From an uncultured Porphyromonadaceae bacterium (GTDB lineage Bacteria; Bacteroidota; Bacteroidia; Bacteroidales; UBA12481): a stretch of DNA of 52,174 bases. The notes under the pieces are model-generated. The model searched no databases and was not told where the DNA came from. It saw only the letters and a program-made list of their open reading frames with translations. Shown piece by piece: positions 19,913-31,961 of this stretch; positions within the stretch are counted from its first letter, which is position 1; the number at the start of each line of letters is the position of its first letter. The stretch spans positions 1 through 52,174 of the forward strand of contig CAYQFT010000001.1 in NCBI GenBank assembly GCA_964416825.1, written 5' to 3'. The position numbers and the translations under genes are program-made.

Positions 19913-20359
19913 TCAAGCGATGTCGATAAGCCGTGCTGGCTGAGATTTTGCTTCTTCCCTTTTTGGAATTTCAATGATCAGGATGCCATTGTCGTACCGG
20001 GCAACCACCTGCTCTGGGTTAACCCACCGTGATAAACGGAAGCTCCTCTGAAAAGGCCTGATGGAAAATTCACGCCTTGCATACCGTTCGTTTTTCTCTT
20101 CGCTTAATTCAGATGGAGCATAGGAAACGGTAAGCAGGTTTTCTTCAACGCTGATACTGAAATCCTTTTTCCCGAGACCCGGTACCGAAAATTCAATACG
20201 GAATGATTCTGAAGATTCGATAATGTTGGCGGGTGGAACCTGGTGGTTCAAGGCAGACCGATCGGTCATGTTCCAGAACGCATTAAAAAGGTCGTTAACT
20301 TCCCGGTAAGCAATCTGTGGCTGCGTGCAGTTCTTGCTGTTAAATCTAACTAGTGTCAT
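19913..20359 (-). CDS. Hsp20/alpha-crystallin family small heat-shock protein
   Basis: 148 aa. The alpha-crystallin domain reads PPANIIESSESFRIEFSVPGL...SFRLS...DNGILIIEIPK. Confidence 0.9.
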   Translation of the reverse strand: MTLVRFNSKNCTQPQIAYREVNDLFNAFWNMTDRSALNHQVPPANIIESSESFRIEFSVPGLGKKDFSISVEENLLTVSYAPSELSEEKNERYARREFSIRPFQRSFRLSRWVNPEQVVARYDNGILIIEIPKREEAKSQPARLIDIA

Positions 20360-20509
20360 GGTTTATATCTCCTTTTTTTATTAATTCAATTGTATCCAAG
20401 TCCTTTCAAACCTGATGCCACTCCGACTACATGTCATTATGGCATGCAAATACATTAGAAATGAGTCTTTTTGTCACCTTGCTGATCTGTATCGTTACAA
20501 GAACAGCGC

Positions 20510-20517
20510 TATATTTG
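20510..20517 (+). promoter_or_regulatory. Candidate -7 box (TATATTTG) for trmD
   Basis: Exact TAnnTTTG 20 nt upstream of the ATG at 20537. Confidence 0.4.
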
Positions 20518-20536
20518 CAGTTAAATATCCCTGATC

Positions 20537-21214
20537 ATGAGAATAGACATCTTAACCGCGGTCCCGGAATTGCTCGCAGGTCCATTCGACCATTCCATAA
20601 TTAAAAGGGCTCGTCAAAAAGGGATTGTTGATATCCGGATCCACAACTTACGGGATTATGCAACGGATAAACACAAAAGCATTGATGATTATCCGTTTAG
20701 TGGCGGCGGGGGTATGGTGATGACCATTGAACCAATTGACCGGGCCCTGTCAGCCTTAAAGTCTGAAATACAGTATGATGAGATTGTGTACACTTCTCCT
20801 GACGGGGAACTCTTTTCCCAGAAACTAGCTAATCGCTTGTCTTGCCTGGATAATATAATCATACTATGCGGTCATTATAAAGGTATCGACCAGAGGGTTC
20901 GTGACCACCTTATTACCCGGGAGATATCCATCGGTGATTATGTTCTTACCGGAGGCGAATTAGCGGCGGCTGTTATGGTAGATGCTATCGTTCGTCTGAT
21001 TCCGGGAGCCATGTCAGACGAGGAATCCGCCCTTACAGATTCCTTTCAGGACAACCTGCTTGCTCCGCCACTTTACACAAGGCCAGCAGAATATAAAGGA
21101 TGGTGCGTTCCTGACATCCTGCTGTCGGGGAATGACAGGGAAATTGAAAACTGGAAATTGGAAGAGTCTATAGAACGAACGAAAAAGTTACGACCCGACC
21201 TACTAAAGGATTAG
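20537..21214 (+). CDS. trmD: tRNA (guanine37-N1)-methyltransferase
   Basis: MRIDILT..P N-terminus, [13 protein letters not shown], and [11 protein letters not shown]...[12 protein letters not shown] (SPOUT knot motifs). Confidence 0.95.
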   Translation: MRIDILTAVPELLAGPFDHSIIKRARQKGIVDIRIHNLRDYATDKHKSIDDYPFSGGGGMVMTIEPIDRALSALKSEIQYDEIVYTSPDGELFSQKLANRLSCLDNIIILCGHYKGIDQRVRDHLITREISIGDYVLTGGELAAAVMVDAIVRLIPGAMSDEESALTDSFQDNLLAPPLYTRPAEYKGWCVPDILLSGNDREIENWKLEESIERTKKLRPDLLKD

Positions 21215-23976
21215 TTTCGGCCGCATAGTGAGGAAAAAGAGCAGTTTCTGCAGACCACCACATTACTGGTTTGACTAAATGGTATATCAGGGTTAAAGAC
21301 TTCGCTTAGCAGCTGGTCAAGGCACGAGTTGAACTCTTCGCGAATCATACTGTATTCCAACGGAGTTTTACCCAATCTGATCTGGGTATCGGGATCACCG
21401 GCACGTAACCTGATAAACCGGTACAATGATGGAAGAATTTCCCCTGAATCATCCTGAGAGATGAGGAAGAGTTCCGAATAGAGAAGCAGCTGAAAAATCT
21501 CCTTGCGCCTCTGGGTTTTTGCCCCATCGAACAAATCATCTACCGCCGAAAAGCTTAATTCACAACTGCCGGTCTTATAGTCAATGATCCTGACAATGCC
21601 TTCAACCAAATCAATTCGGTCGATTATGGCTTTAATATTAACCCGGCACAATTCACCGTTCAGTTGTCGAGGTAAGGTCAATTCAATCAGTTTTTCAATT
21701 CCAATGATTTTTTCGGGAGTTCTCAAGCTATCGGTTCGTAAGGTTTCTACCAGAAACTCCCGGGCCACCATCAGGGCCAGCTGATCCTTACCCGGATCAG
21801 CAGTAAATCCTGATTTTTGCAATAAATCGGCATAAACCTCTGTAAGCAGAGCCTCAATTTGTTGATTATCATTCAAAAGTGCCTTGTACCATTGTGCATC
21901 CGGTGCCGTCGAAGCGTCCATAAACGGCTTGTAGAGTTTCTCGAGAGCCCGGTGAAGAAGCTGCCCGAATCCTTTCGGCTCCGATGGAGTGCCGGAATCG
22001 TCAGGCTCACGCCAGTTGTAGATATACTTAAAGGCAAATCTGAGACTGCAGTCGAGATAATCATTAAGAGCGCTGGCTGACAATTTCTTACCGGAAGCAG
22101 CCGTAATATATTTCATCAGTTCAATTTGAGCAGCACCTGATTTAGGAATGCTGAAAGATCCTTTGCGGGTTGCAATTACCGCCGCCTTTTCCTGCAGGAT
22201 ATGAATCGGGATAGAGGAATCAAACTCTAACTGGCTAATGTACCGGCTCTTCTCTCCAGCCCGAATGATTTCATCCATTTGTCCGGTTGTATAGAACAAA
22301 GTTACCGAGTCAGCTCGCTGGATAAGCCTGTAAAAATAATAAGCATACATGGCGTCGCGGTTTTCTGCTGTAGGCAACCCGAAGTATTTCCTCAAGGAGT
22401 AAGGGATCAAAGAACCCGGCAAACTCCTTGATGGCCAGATTCCTTCGTTAAAAGAGAGAATATAGATTCTTCCGAAATCCAAAAGACGGGTTTCAAGAAT
22501 ACCGGAAACCTGGTTGAGGGACTCATGGTTTGATTGAAGTGTAATTCTCGCACTGCTGACAAACCTGTCGAACAATTTCCTGATCGCCTTTGTATTGATT
22601 TCCAAGTCCGCAGCTTGTTTCAGGGCAACAATCCGAGCGATCTGACCAGATACCAATTTCACCGCGGCTCTTTCAAGTGGCTCAAGGACAGATGATTTTG
22701 CATTCAACTCTTCGAGCATCGCTGTTACCTGGACAATTGGTGACTCATTGGTTTTTAAAAACCCAGAACAGTCTGGCTCACCGAGGCTAATAAGCTTAAA
22801 CCACGGATGATTGGTAAACTCGGAAGTCACCTTACTATCGACGGCACTTATTCCCACTTCATTGGCACTGTCTGCCATTGCTAAATAGTTCCTGAAAAAT
22901 GAGGCAGCCTGAGTTGCTGCGAGCGGATAGCCCGAAGTAAAATTAACCTCCCCCGACTCAGGGTTCCAGGCACTGATCAGGTCCGGTAACAGTGACTCGT
23001 CCGAAAGAACGATCAAAGTCGGAGGTCCTTCAGATTTTCCCAGGTCTGATACCAGTGTCTGTACCTGACCCGTGCCTGAAGTTAGCGGCATAATTCGAAG
23101 CCGGCTGGAATCCTTACCATGATCCGAATAAAAATCAGCCAATCCTTCAGAATAGGGCTTAAATGAAGTGGGCGGACTGAAATCATCGATATACTTCCTG
23201 ATAAAGCGACCTGCTTCATGATTTTTCCCCAGATAAAAAGGATGATAATCCCAATAAAAGAGGGCATTCCCGCTGTCCTTAAGACGGGAAAAAACCATTT
23301 CTTCTGCTTTGGTTAGGATATTAAAGCCAACAAAGGCTACAGTGGCATTGAATACCTGAGCATTTTTTTCATCTGAAAACCACTTGGTAACTTGCCGGTA
23401 GCACATTCCAGACGTGCCCATTCCGGAAGCATTTAAATCAGAGTGAAAATCGGTATAAATCTGAAAGAGGTTATCCCAAATATTCAGCCATTGCTTCTGA
23501 TGCTCTGAAGGGTCCCTTCCAAATGAACTCCAAAATATTCTGATCCTTTCGCGAAGGTCATCATCGTCAACAAGATTGTAAAATTCATCAATAGATTTCA
23601 GTTCTCTGAGAGCCGTGAAAACCAGTTCAGGTCTCACCAGATATTTGTCCACATCATCAAAATCAGTTAAAAGGATATCACCGAAATCGATAAATGAAGA
23701 AAAACTCTCTGCCTTAGGAAGCTGCTTGCTTACGACATTGTAAAGAACTGCGAGTTGAGTTAAAGGATCTGCCTCCTTGATTCCCGAAAAGCTTACCATC
23801 CAATCGTCGATACTAAAAATTGAAGGCGCCCAGATCGGTTCTTTTGTAAGTCTTAAGAGTTCCTTTCGAAAAAGGCCCCCGGCCCTTCGGTTCGGAAAAA
23901 TGATGATGTAATCCTTGAAATTACCCTGGGTAATCCGGAAAATGTCCTCAGCAACCCGTGAGAGAAAAGATTTCAA
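21211..23976 (-). CDS. AddB-like PD-(D/E)XK nuclease subunit with a C-terminal Fe-S cysteine motif and no Walker A
   Basis: 921 aa. The C-terminal nuclease motif is IIDRIDL...RIIDYKTGS. The cysteine pattern is C...CxxCxxxxxC ([10 protein letters not shown], nt 21223-21252), as in AddB. The N-terminus has no GxxGxGK[ST]. The start codon is TTG (23976-23974). Confidence 0.8.
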   Translation of the reverse strand: MKSFLSRVAEDIFRITQGNFKDYIIIFPNRRAGGLFRKELLRLTKEPIWAPSIFSIDDWMVSFSGIKEADPLTQLAVLYNVVSKQLPKAESFSSFIDFGDILLTDFDDVDKYLVRPELVFTALRELKSIDEFYNLVDDDDLRERIRIFWSSFGRDPSEHQKQWLNIWDNLFQIYTDFHSDLNASGMGTSGMCYRQVTKWFSDEKNAQVFNATVAFVGFNILTKAEEMVFSRLKDSGNALFYWDYHPFYLGKNHEAGRFIRKYIDDFSPPTSFKPYSEGLADFYSDHGKDSSRLRIMPLTSGTGQVQTLVSDLGKSEGPPTLIVLSDESLLPDLISAWNPESGEVNFTSGYPLAATQAASFFRNYLAMADSANEVGISAVDSKVTSEFTNHPWFKLISLGEPDCSGFLKTNESPIVQVTAMLEELNAKSSVLEPLERAAVKLVSGQIARIVALKQAADLEINTKAIRKLFDRFVSSARITLQSNHESLNQVSGILETRLLDFGRIYILSFNEGIWPSRSLPGSLIPYSLRKYFGLPTAENRDAMYAYYFYRLIQRADSVTLFYTTGQMDEIIRAGEKSRYISQLEFDSSIPIHILQEKAAVIATRKGSFSIPKSGAAQIELMKYITAASGKKLSASALNDYLDCSLRFAFKYIYNWREPDDSGTPSEPKGFGQLLHRALEKLYKPFMDASTAPDAQWYKALLNDNQQIEALLTEVYADLLQKSGFTADPGKDQLALMVAREFLVETLRTDSLRTPEKIIGIEKLIELTLPRQLNGELCRVNIKAIIDRIDLVEGIVRIIDYKTGSCELSFSAVDDLFDGAKTQRRKEIFQLLLYSELFLISQDDSGEILPSLYRFIRLRAGDPDTQIRLGKTPLEYSMIREEFNSCLDQLLSEVFNPDIPFSQTSNVVVCRNCSFSSLCGRN

Positions 23977-23995
23977 TTTTTTTATCCGATGGAAA

Positions 23996-24003
23996 CAAAT
24001 TTA
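23996..24003 (-). promoter_or_regulatory. Candidate -7 box (TAAATTTG) for the AddB-like gene
   Basis: Exact TAnnTTTG on the minus strand, 19 nt upstream of the TTG start. Confidence 0.35.
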
Positions 24004-24083
24004 GTCTTTTTGGCCAATCCCGAAACTTATGGGCAGGTTGAGTTGTTCAATTTTCTATCTTTATCCAAACCTAGCATATTCGT

Positions 24084-26885
24084 ATGGACAAGCATGAATA
24101 CCTAAGCCAGGCGGAACCGGGGATGATCGAACAGCTTTACAACGATTTCCTTCTAGACCCTGATACTGTTGAACCGGGCTGGCGGAAGTTTTTTGAAGGA
24201 TTTGAATTTGCCAGACTCGGTGGTCCGTTGACGGGCTTCAGATCTGACAACGTGGATGAGGAATTCAAGGTCGTTGATTTAATCGATTGGTACCGAATGA
24301 GGGGACACCTTTTTACAAGGACTAATCCGGTACGCGAGCGAAGGAAGTACTACCCCACCCTTGATATAGAAAACTTCGGGCTGTCAAAGGACGATTTACC
24401 CACTATCTTCCAGGCCGGCAAGCAGATCGGATTAGGCCAGACTTCCCTGCAAACCATTGTTGATCACCTCCAAGAGACCTATTGTCAGAGTGTTGGGGCA
24501 GAATTCATGTTTATCCGGAATCCGGTCATCCTTGAATGGCTTTACAAAAAAATGGAATCTTCTAAAAACCGAGCAACTTTCAGCCCGGAAGAGAAGATCC
24601 ATATTTTTGAGCATTTGACAATGGCAGTTGGATTTGAAAAATATATCCATAAAAAATTTGTCGGGCAAAAGCGTTTTTCTCTGGAAGGCATCGAGGCTTT
24701 GATTCCGGCGCTAGACTGGGTGATCGAAACCGGTTCGGGTATGGGAATCAAGGAATTCGTGATCGGCATGGCTCATCGCGGACGGCTGAATGTACTGGCA
24801 AACATACTAAAGAAACCCTATTCCGATATTTTCAGGGAGTATAAGGCTACAGATTATGAAGAGGGGGTTGAGTTAGGTGACGTTAAGTATCACCTTGGGT
24901 ACGACAGGCAAATCTGCACCGATAACGGCCAGGAAATACGTGTGGAGCTGCTGCCCAATCCCAGCCATCTTGAGACGGTTGGACCCGTGGCTGAAGGCCT
25001 TTCAAGGGCAAGGATTGATAAGATTTTCAGCGGTGACGGAACCCGTCTCGCACCGATCCTTATTCACGGGGATGCAGCGGTAGCGGCGCAAGGTGTTGTA
25101 TATGAAGTCATCCAGATGTCTCAGCTTCCTGGTTATAAAACCGGGGGAACCATCCACATCATTCTTAATAATCAGGTTGGATTTACAACCAACTATCTGG
25201 ATGGAAGGTCCAGTACATACTGCACCGACGTGGCAAAAGTGGTAAAAGCCCCAATTTTTCATGTTAACGGTGACGATGTGGAAGCCCTGATCTATACCAT
25301 CAGGCTTGCCATAGAATTCAGGCAGGAGTTTGGTCAGGATGTTTTTATTGATATTCTTGGATACCGGAAATACGGACATAACGAGGGAGACGAACCCCGC
25401 TTTACCCAACCCCTTCTTTATAAAGCTATTGAAAAGCATCCCGACGTGCGCCAGATTTACGGCGAAAAGCTCGCTTCCGATGGAGTTCTCTCTGCAAGTC
25501 AACGGGATTTAATCATACAACAGTTTGAAAACCTGTTAGATGAAGCATACAATGTGGCAGCCGCCACTGAAAAAATCAGGATTCGACCATTCTTATCGGA
25601 TGACTGGAAAGGTTTTCATCATCCCGGAGGAGAGGAATTCTTCAAACCGGTTAAGACCCAGTTACCTGTAAAGAAACTGAAAGAGCTAGCTGGAAAGATT
25701 AATCAACTGCCCGAAGGATTACATTTCTTCCAGAAAGTGCACAAGATCATTGAAGCCAGAATCAAAGCCGTTGCAGACAACCAACTTGATTGGGCCATGG
25801 GAGAATTGCTGGCGTACGCATCACTTCTCGAGGAGGGGCGACCGGTTCGGCTTTCGGGTCAGGACAGTGAAAGAGGAACCTTCGCGCACCGCCATGCTGC
25901 ACTGGTTCAGGAAGATACCGGAGAAAAATACTATCCTCTCAAAAACATCTCTGATAAGCAGGGATCCTTTGAAGTATACAATTCACTTTTATCTGAATAT
26001 GGAGTGCTCGGGTTTGAGTATGGATTTGCACTGGCGTATCCGGAATGCCTGACCATCTGGGAGGCTCAATTTGGGGACTTTGCGAACACCGCCCAGGTTA
26101 TCATTGATCAGTATATCAGCTCAGCCGAAGAAAAATGGGGGCTTCAGAACGGACTCGTCCTGCTTCTTCCCCATGGATTCGAAGGACAGGGACCCGAGCA
26201 CTCTTCGGCAAGAATCGAGAGATACCTTAGCCTTGCTGCCCATCATAATATGAGTATTGTTAATCCTACGACTCCGGCAAACCTTTTCCATCTCCTGAGA
26301 AGACAGGTTCTTCGTGATTACCGGGTACCATTGATTGTTTTCACTCCAAAAAGCCTGCTCCGGCATCCTGAATGCACCTCACCACTTGAGGATTTCTCAT
26401 CTGGCGGATTCAAGGAAATCATCGATGATCCCGACACAGATCCGGCTGCCGTTAAAAGGATCGTATTCTGCTGGGGCAAGATGTATTACGACCTGATTAA
26501 GCCCAAGCGGGAGTGGAAGGCCCGTGATATAGCACTGGTCAGGATTGAGCAAATGTTTCCTTTCCCGCATCAGAGAATGCACGAGATTATCAAGAAATAC
26601 CCGAACGCGGTTCTGCACATCTGGGTCCAGGAAGAACCTGAAAACATGGGAGCCTGGAGATTTCTTCAGAATGAGGTCAAATACATTAAGTGGGTGCCGG
26701 TTTGCCGCAAGCCAAGTGCATCGCCGGCGACCGGATTGAACCGCATTCATCAGATCACACAGCAGGAACTGGTGGATAAAGTATTCCGCAAATGCACCTG
26801 TGAATTAAAGAATACCTACTGCGGACTGCAATGTGTTGAAGGTAAATCCAGATTAGACATCTTAAAAGAATTTGAATATCTATGA
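24084..26885 (+). CDS. sucA: 2-oxoglutarate dehydrogenase E1 component
   Basis: 933 aa. The N-terminus [23 protein letters not shown], the ThDP region [13 protein letters not shown]...[12 protein letters not shown], and [23 protein letters not shown] are characteristic. Confidence 0.95.
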   Translation: MDKHEYLSQAEPGMIEQLYNDFLLDPDTVEPGWRKFFEGFEFARLGGPLTGFRSDNVDEEFKVVDLIDWYRMRGHLFTRTNPVRERRKYYPTLDIENFGLSKDDLPTIFQAGKQIGLGQTSLQTIVDHLQETYCQSVGAEFMFIRNPVILEWLYKKMESSKNRATFSPEEKIHIFEHLTMAVGFEKYIHKKFVGQKRFSLEGIEALIPALDWVIETGSGMGIKEFVIGMAHRGRLNVLANILKKPYSDIFREYKATDYEEGVELGDVKYHLGYDRQICTDNGQEIRVELLPNPSHLETVGPVAEGLSRARIDKIFSGDGTRLAPILIHGDAAVAAQGVVYEVIQMSQLPGYKTGGTIHIILNNQVGFTTNYLDGRSSTYCTDVAKVVKAPIFHVNGDDVEALIYTIRLAIEFRQEFGQDVFIDILGYRKYGHNEGDEPRFTQPLLYKAIEKHPDVRQIYGEKLASDGVLSASQRDLIIQQFENLLDEAYNVAAATEKIRIRPFLSDDWKGFHHPGGEEFFKPVKTQLPVKKLKELAGKINQLPEGLHFFQKVHKIIEARIKAVADNQLDWAMGELLAYASLLEEGRPVRLSGQDSERGTFAHRHAALVQEDTGEKYYPLKNISDKQGSFEVYNSLLSEYGVLGFEYGFALAYPECLTIWEAQFGDFANTAQVIIDQYISSAEEKWGLQNGLVLLLPHGFEGQGPEHSSARIERYLSLAAHHNMSIVNPTTPANLFHLLRRQVLRDYRVPLIVFTPKSLLRHPECTSPLEDFSSGGFKEIIDDPDTDPAAVKRIVFCWGKMYYDLIKPKREWKARDIALVRIEQMFPFPHQRMHEIIKKYPNAVLHIWVQEEPENMGAWRFLQNEVKYIKWVPVCRKPSASPATGLNRIHQITQQELVDKVFRKCTCELKNTYCGLQCVEGKSRLDILKEFEYL

Positions 26886-28105
26886 TCGAAATAAAAGTCC
26901 CTTCACCCGGAGAATCGATTTCTGAAGTGGAGATCGGCTCATGGATGGTCGAAAACGGCGCCTGGGTTGAAAAAGACCAGGAGATCGTTTCACTGGAAAG
27001 TGAAAAAGCAAGCCTGATGGTTAATTCCCCTGAGGCTGGAGTCATTCAGATTTCTGTTCCAAATGGTTCCAGGGTCAACGTTGGTAGTACAATTGCCAGT
27101 CTGGATACTACCGGTAAACCTTTAATTAAAGACGCCCCGGCTGCACAAGCGCCCGGGCCGGTTGCTGAAAGAGTGATTGAACAACAAATAGATCCTATTG
27201 CTTCTTCTATTGCTGAACCGGTAAGGATCACACCTGTTGCAAGGGAAATCATGCAGGAGAATAACCTGACAACCGAGGATGTTCTTAATGGGCTGCGGCG
27301 AATCTCCAAGAATGACGTTCTAAGGGTTCTTGCTTCTGCCCCTTCGCCCCCAGCAGCTGCCCCCGTGGTTTCAGAAAGGATCATTGACCGTAAACCGATG
27401 AGCCTGCTGAGAAAAAAGCTAAGCGAGCGGTTGGTCGCTGTCAAAAACCAGACAGCCATGCTCACAACTTTCAATGAAGTTGACATGGGTGCTGTTATGG
27501 ATCTACGTAATCGGTATAAAAAGGAATTTGAAGAGAAGTATCAGGTAAAGCTTGGTTTTATGTCCTTTTTTACCCTCGCAGCAACCCGAGCGCTTAAAGC
27601 ATTCCCTCAGGTCAATTCCCAGATTGACGGTGACGAAATTGTCGGATTTAATTATACAGACATCGGCATTGCGGTACAAACCCCTAAAGGGTTGATGGTT
27701 CCCGTACTCAGGCAAACGGATTCACTCACATTGTCAGGGATTGAAAGCGGCATTGCCTTGCTTGCCAAAAAGGCAAGGGACAACCGGATCTCCATGGAAG
27801 ATCTTCAGGGCGGAACATTCAGCATCACTAATGGCGGGGTCTTTGGATCCTTACTGTCCACTCCGATTTTGAATCCGCCTCAATCGGCCATCCTGGGCAT
27901 GCATAATATCGTTGACCGGCCGGTTGCGCTTCACGGACAGGTAGTTATAAGGCCCATGATGTATCTGGCCTTGTCCTATGACCACAGAATTATAGATGGC
28001 AAAGATTCCGTTGGATTCCTGAAGGCTGTGAAAGAGATGATTGAGAATCCTGTTATGCTCCTGGATCCGTCGGGAATGGCAGAAAAAAGTCTTCTTGGAC
28101 TTTGA
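26882..28105 (+). CDS. sucB: Dihydrolipoyllysine-residue succinyltransferase (E2o)
   Basis: Lipoyl domain ([11 protein letters not shown]), Ala/Pro linkers, a PSBD, and a catalytic domain with SYDHRIIDG. The ATGA overlaps the sucA stop. Confidence 0.95.
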   Translation: MIEIKVPSPGESISEVEIGSWMVENGAWVEKDQEIVSLESEKASLMVNSPEAGVIQISVPNGSRVNVGSTIASLDTTGKPLIKDAPAAQAPGPVAERVIEQQIDPIASSIAEPVRITPVAREIMQENNLTTEDVLNGLRRISKNDVLRVLASAPSPPAAAPVVSERIIDRKPMSLLRKKLSERLVAVKNQTAMLTTFNEVDMGAVMDLRNRYKKEFEEKYQVKLGFMSFFTLAATRALKAFPQVNSQIDGDEIVGFNYTDIGIAVQTPKGLMVPVLRQTDSLTLSGIESGIALLAKKARDNRISMEDLQGGTFSITNGGVFGSLLSTPILNPPQSAILGMHNIVDRPVALHGQVVIRPMMYLALSYDHRIIDGKDSVGFLKAVKEMIENPVMLLDPSGMAEKSLLGL

Positions 28106-31100
28106 TCTCAACGAGTTCAGGAGGATCAAGATAGAGCAAGAATCCCTTGACGCTGTTGTAACCCATTCTTTGCAGGGTTTTTATGTACCCCTGCAGCTGA
28201 TGCCGGTGGGAAGGCTCATGGATGCCGGTTTTGTAATCAAGAACAACGGCCCCATCACCTTGTATCATAACCCGGTCGGGCCTGCGCTCTCCCGAACCCG
28301 GCACCAGGATGACAGGCTCGTTCCTTACTTCCCAGTTTCCTCCAAACCAGTCAGCAATCTCGGGCATTTCAAGAATCGGGCTGAGGCTTTTCCTCACTCT
28401 TGCAAGGTCCTTGCCCTGAATCTCTCCCAGGGTCTGCAGTCCGCTGATCGCGGCTTCTATATCCTCCAGGCGGTTGACTGACTCAAGAATCCTATGGATG
28501 ATCCTGCCGTATCTCACGGTTGTGAAATCTTCCTCTTGAGTCGGGATGATGTTGATTTTATGTCGAAATACAGACAATCCAGTTACTTCGATCCCTGCTG
28601 GTTCAGTAGCTGCAAAAGTCTCCGGATTTCTGAAATCCGGATCGCCGAACCGGTATATATCCTGTCGGGGCTCAGTCTCGAGGTTTGAATAAACTGCATC
28701 AGCAACGGTATTCTGAGATGCACCAAACGGGCAAAAACCGATCAGGATATCGGTGGCGCGTGTAAAAGCCACATACAGCAAATTCAGATTATCCAGCGCA
28801 GCCTCACTTTTCTCTGCCAGGTATTGCTCAGCAAAACAGGTTTTTTCAAGTGAAGATGAGTACCTTACAGGTATCATGCTCACAGCGTTGAATGGCGTAC
28901 CGGCTGTTGGCACCCAAATCCAGGGCCCACGCTGGGCACTATGATCGAAAGACCAGTTACAAAAAGGTACTATGACCACCGGGCTTGATAAGCCCTTTGC
29001 TTTGTGAATGGTCATGATTCTCATGGCAGCTGCCTGGTTTTCAGTTACCAACATCTTTTTGGAGCCAGAGACTTCCCACCATTCAAGAAATCCCGCAACA
29101 TGACCTGAGGAGCCTGCGCAAAAGGCCTTTACCTGATCTCTGAATTGAAACAAATACTGCAATTCATCCTGATCATTATCTAACTGGTAGAACCTCACCA
29201 CTTGATCAAGTATAGAAAGGGGATCATGGTCCGCCAGGGTATCTAATCTTCCGGCCAATTCTCCTTTGGCAATCCCATCGTGGTCCGGTGGCGGTATGGC
29301 TCCAGGGTGCAGTCGGAGTTGAAGCTCCCAATTAAGCAAGTCAAGATAATACCCTGACCTGCTACTTATATATCTAAATATCAACAATATAACCTGCACC
29401 ACTCCGGATGAGTCAATCCGGAACACATCAGCGGAAACAAAAGACCAAGGTTGCAATCCATTACCGGGATTTGCGCTCCGGTATTTGGTAAGGATTTCGC
29501 TGATCTCGTCTGCGTCCCGGTTCATCCGGACGAGGAACAGGATATCCTCCTGGCGGTACCCCTTGTTCTGAAGCAGATCCTCAACGATCATCGGCAGGCG
29601 TTCCTGCATCTGATCCCGCCAGGGTTTCTCCTCGTTCTTTGCATGTATCAGGTGCATTTCAACCAGGCCAGTGAGTTCCGCCTTTACTCCCTCTTCCTGC
29701 TCTGCATCCTGATATACACCAGATATGCTGTTTTGGGTAGAAAAAAGATGGTTATTAAACCCAATAATGGATTTGCGGCTTCTCTGGTTTTTGATCAGCG
29801 GGGTAACGGTCGCACCGAAGCGCTTCATATCCTCTGCAGCCTTATGTTGAATCAGCTTCCAATTACTGTTCCGCCACCGGTAAAGTGATTGCTTGGCATC
29901 CCCTACCACCATGCTCAGGCCGCCCTCAGCCAGGCTGTTTTCGATTAAAGGGCTGAAGTTTTTCCATTGAAGGTCTGAGGTATCCTGGAACTCATCAATC
30001 ATATAATTCTTGAAATAAATCCCGGTTTTTTCAAAGATGAACGGAGAAGGGTTATCCCGAATTATTGTTTGAATCATTGGCTGGGTCAGGGTAAGGAGTA
30101 TCTGATTCCGGTTTTTTGAATCTTCCCTCAGGAAACGAAAGAGGTAGGAAGAGAACCAGAGTGCAAAGAGGTTCCTGTTGACAGCTTTTGCTGAGTGGTA
30201 CTCAACATGATTGCTCGCAAAATGGTCAAGAGCCTCATGCATGAGCCGGTTTAACTCCGGGTAGACATTGGTTTCGAGTTCCGCTTTGCGGGGGTTATTC
30301 TTAGCAATCCATTTTGACGGATCATCCAGGCTGTTGGTTGCCCGGCTGGTTGGGTCCTTGTCAATTTCAAGTTTATAAAGAAATCCTGCCGGCCCGCTCA
30401 GGCCATGCTGGAAATCAACCGGTGTGCACCCTGTGCGCACCAGGAGCTCCCGGGTCCTTTGCCTGATTGAGTCCGAGGTTTCACGATAACGCCGCATGAT
30501 CAGGCGAGCCTGGTTTTTTACCAGCCTGATTTTTTCCTCGGTAAGGGCATCAGACTTATCGGTGATAACCAGGGTAAGTATTTCTTCCTTCAGAAGTTCA
30601 AAACCTGTATTGATGATTTCCTTTTCCAGCTTCTGCCATTTCTCACCCTCCTCCATTCGTTCAGTTATCCAATCTGTGAGCCATTCTTTAAGGGGAGGAT
30701 CTGTCAGAACACGTTTAAATACATCCCGGGCAAAATCAGCCAGCACTTTCTGGTTATCCAGTTCCAGCTGAAAAGTAGGTGCCAGGCCTGATTCCCTGGC
30801 AAAAGTTCTAAGGATTCCCTGGAAAAAACGATCGATGGTTTGAACAGAAATGCGGGAATAGTCATGCAGCATCATGGTTTTTATCTTTGCGGCATTGCTG
30901 CTGATCCATTCCTGATCCTTGTTTAGTCTTTCACATAAAAGCGGCAGGTAATAACTCTTTAAAGGCTCCCTGTGAAGTTGGTTCAGGACACTGAGAACGC
31001 GATCTTTCATTTCCCCGGCAGCTTTATTGGTAAAGGTCACTGCAAGGATTGACCTGTAATTTATTGGATTCTCAAAAACCTTGAGCAGGTATTGGAGAAC

Positions 31101-31157
31101 CAGCTCAAATGTTTTGCCTGATCCTGCGGATGCCCGATAAATCAAGAAGTTTGACAA
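28053..31157 (-). CDS. AddA-like UvrD/Rep-family helicase with a C-terminal PD-(D/E)XK nuclease domain
   Basis: 1034 aa. Walker A is ASAGSGKTF (nt 31107-31133). DEFQDTS is helicase motif II. The C-terminal RPDRVM...VVLDYKTG (DYK at 28230-28238) is a RecB-type nuclease. The start codon is TTG (31157-31155). Confidence 0.85.
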   Translation of the reverse strand: MSNFLIYRASAGSGKTFELVLQYLLKVFENPINYRSILAVTFTNKAAGEMKDRVLSVLNQLHREPLKSYYLPLLCERLNKDQEWISSNAAKIKTMMLHDYSRISVQTIDRFFQGILRTFARESGLAPTFQLELDNQKVLADFARDVFKRVLTDPPLKEWLTDWITERMEEGEKWQKLEKEIINTGFELLKEEILTLVITDKSDALTEEKIRLVKNQARLIMRRYRETSDSIRQRTRELLVRTGCTPVDFQHGLSGPAGFLYKLEIDKDPTSRATNSLDDPSKWIAKNNPRKAELETNVYPELNRLMHEALDHFASNHVEYHSAKAVNRNLFALWFSSYLFRFLREDSKNRNQILLTLTQPMIQTIIRDNPSPFIFEKTGIYFKNYMIDEFQDTSDLQWKNFSPLIENSLAEGGLSMVVGDAKQSLYRWRNSNWKLIQHKAAEDMKRFGATVTPLIKNQRSRKSIIGFNNHLFSTQNSISGVYQDAEQEEGVKAELTGLVEMHLIHAKNEEKPWRDQMQERLPMIVEDLLQNKGYRQEDILFLVRMNRDADEISEILTKYRSANPGNGLQPWSFVSADVFRIDSSGVVQVILLIFRYISSRSGYYLDLLNWELQLRLHPGAIPPPDHDGIAKGELAGRLDTLADHDPLSILDQVVRFYQLDNDQDELQYLFQFRDQVKAFCAGSSGHVAGFLEWWEVSGSKKMLVTENQAAAMRIMTIHKAKGLSSPVVIVPFCNWSFDHSAQRGPWIWVPTAGTPFNAVSMIPVRYSSSLEKTCFAEQYLAEKSEAALDNLNLLYVAFTRATDILIGFCPFGASQNTVADAVYSNLETEPRQDIYRFGDPDFRNPETFAATEPAGIEVTGLSVFRHKINIIPTQEEDFTTVRYGRIIHRILESVNRLEDIEAAISGLQTLGEIQGKDLARVRKSLSPILEMPEIADWFGGNWEVRNEPVILVPGSGERRPDRVMIQGDGAVVLDYKTGIHEPSHRHQLQGYIKTLQRMGYNSVKGFLLYLDPPELVEIKVQEDFFLPFPTDPGA

Positions 31158-31196
31158 GGGGGTCAGTATTGATCGGGGAATTTACAAAATCCCTGA

Positions 31197-31961
31197 CTAT
31201 TTTCTGATTAGAAATTCCGGCTTATCGGGATCGAAACTCAGTTCATCTGAAGCCTTTAAAACTGATTCAGGCCTGCCCGCCTCGTACCACAGGCTTCCGG
31301 AATGATCCCAGGTTTTAATTTTACCAGTTGAGGCCAGCTCAAGTATCCAGGGCATAAAACCAAAGACATCCTCCTCAGGAAATTCTTTAAATATTGTTGA
31401 TGAGAGGACATAAACTCCGCTGAAAGCAGTATATGCCAATCCTTTCACAGAATCACGGGTTATTATTCTCACATGGCGATCTGCATATTCCCAGCCGCAG
31501 AGTATGCCGTTTTTGTCAACAAGGAGGTTTCGGGTTGTAGGCCGGTCCATTACCGCAAGCGTGGCCAGAGATTCCGATTTCTGATGCTGGCTGATTAAAT
31601 CACGATAAGTAAGGTTGGTCAGGATATCGACATTGTGAACAAGAAAGCACTCCTCATCAGCAAAATAACCTGAAGCCTTTTTAATGGCTCCTCCTGTGTC
31701 CAACAGCATGTCTGATTCATCAGAAAAACTGATGTCCAGTCCAAATGAGTTTTTTGACCGAATGAAATCCCTGATCATTTGGGGAAAGTGGTGTGTGTTA
31801 ATCACCATGCTCCGAATACCGGCATTGGACAATTGACGAATAACGATTTCCAACATGCTGTATCCGCCAATTTCAACCAGTGCTTTGGGAATTGTGTCTG
31901 TTGCCGGCTTCAGGCGTGTCCCGGTCCCGGCAGCAAGGATCAGTGCTTTCATATCAGGCAT
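31197..31961 (-). CDS. murU: Nucleotidyltransferase, MurU-like (MurNAc-1-phosphate uridylyltransferase candidate)
   Basis: MKALILAAGTGTRLKP...PKALV sugar-nucleotidyltransferase N-terminus. It sits immediately downstream of the kinase gene. An alternative ATG at 31952 would lie 1 nt after the upstream stop. Confidence 0.65.
   Translation of the reverse strand: MPDMKALILAAGTGTRLKPATDTIPKALVEIGGYSMLEIVIRQLSNAGIRSMVINTHHFPQMIRDFIRSKNSFGLDISFSDESDMLLDTGGAIKKASGYFADEECFLVHNVDILTNLTYRDLISQHQKSESLATLAVMDRPTTRNLLVDKNGILCGWEYADRHVRIITRDSVKGLAYTAFSGVYVLSSTIFKEFPEEDVFGFMPWILELASTGKIKTWDHSGSLWYEAGRPESVLKASDELSFDPDKPEFLIRK

Noticed and set aside
20360-20536. Possible RNA thermometer, CIRCE or sigma-32-type element upstream of hsp20
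   Set aside because: The leader has a good AAGGAG but no complementary anti-SD (UCCUU or U-run) segment. There is no TTAGCACTC-N9-GAGTGCTAA inverted repeat. The TTTGAAA resemblance to a sigma-32 -35 box lacks a matching -10. The 6-bp ATGCCA/TGGCAT stem has a 19-nt loop and is unconvincing.
25002-25502. 166-aa minus-strand ORF inside sucA
   Set aside because: It is antisense to a strongly conserved ThDP-binding region and has no recognisable motif, promoter box or independent start context.
27046-27486. 146-aa minus-strand ORF inside sucB
   Set aside because: It coincides with the GC-rich Ala/Pro linker and PSBD region of E2o. The Ala/Gly/Ser-rich translation is the complement of linker codons, not a gene.
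28041-28481. 146-aa plus-strand ORF continuing past sucB
   Set aside because: It is out of frame with sucB and antisense to the RecB-type nuclease motif (DYK at 28230-28238) of the helicase, so the helicase frame is the real one.
29451-29888. 145-aa plus-strand ORF inside the AddA-like helicase gene
   Set aside because: It is an antisense shadow with no motifs, and the helicase frame carries conserved helicase motifs through this region.
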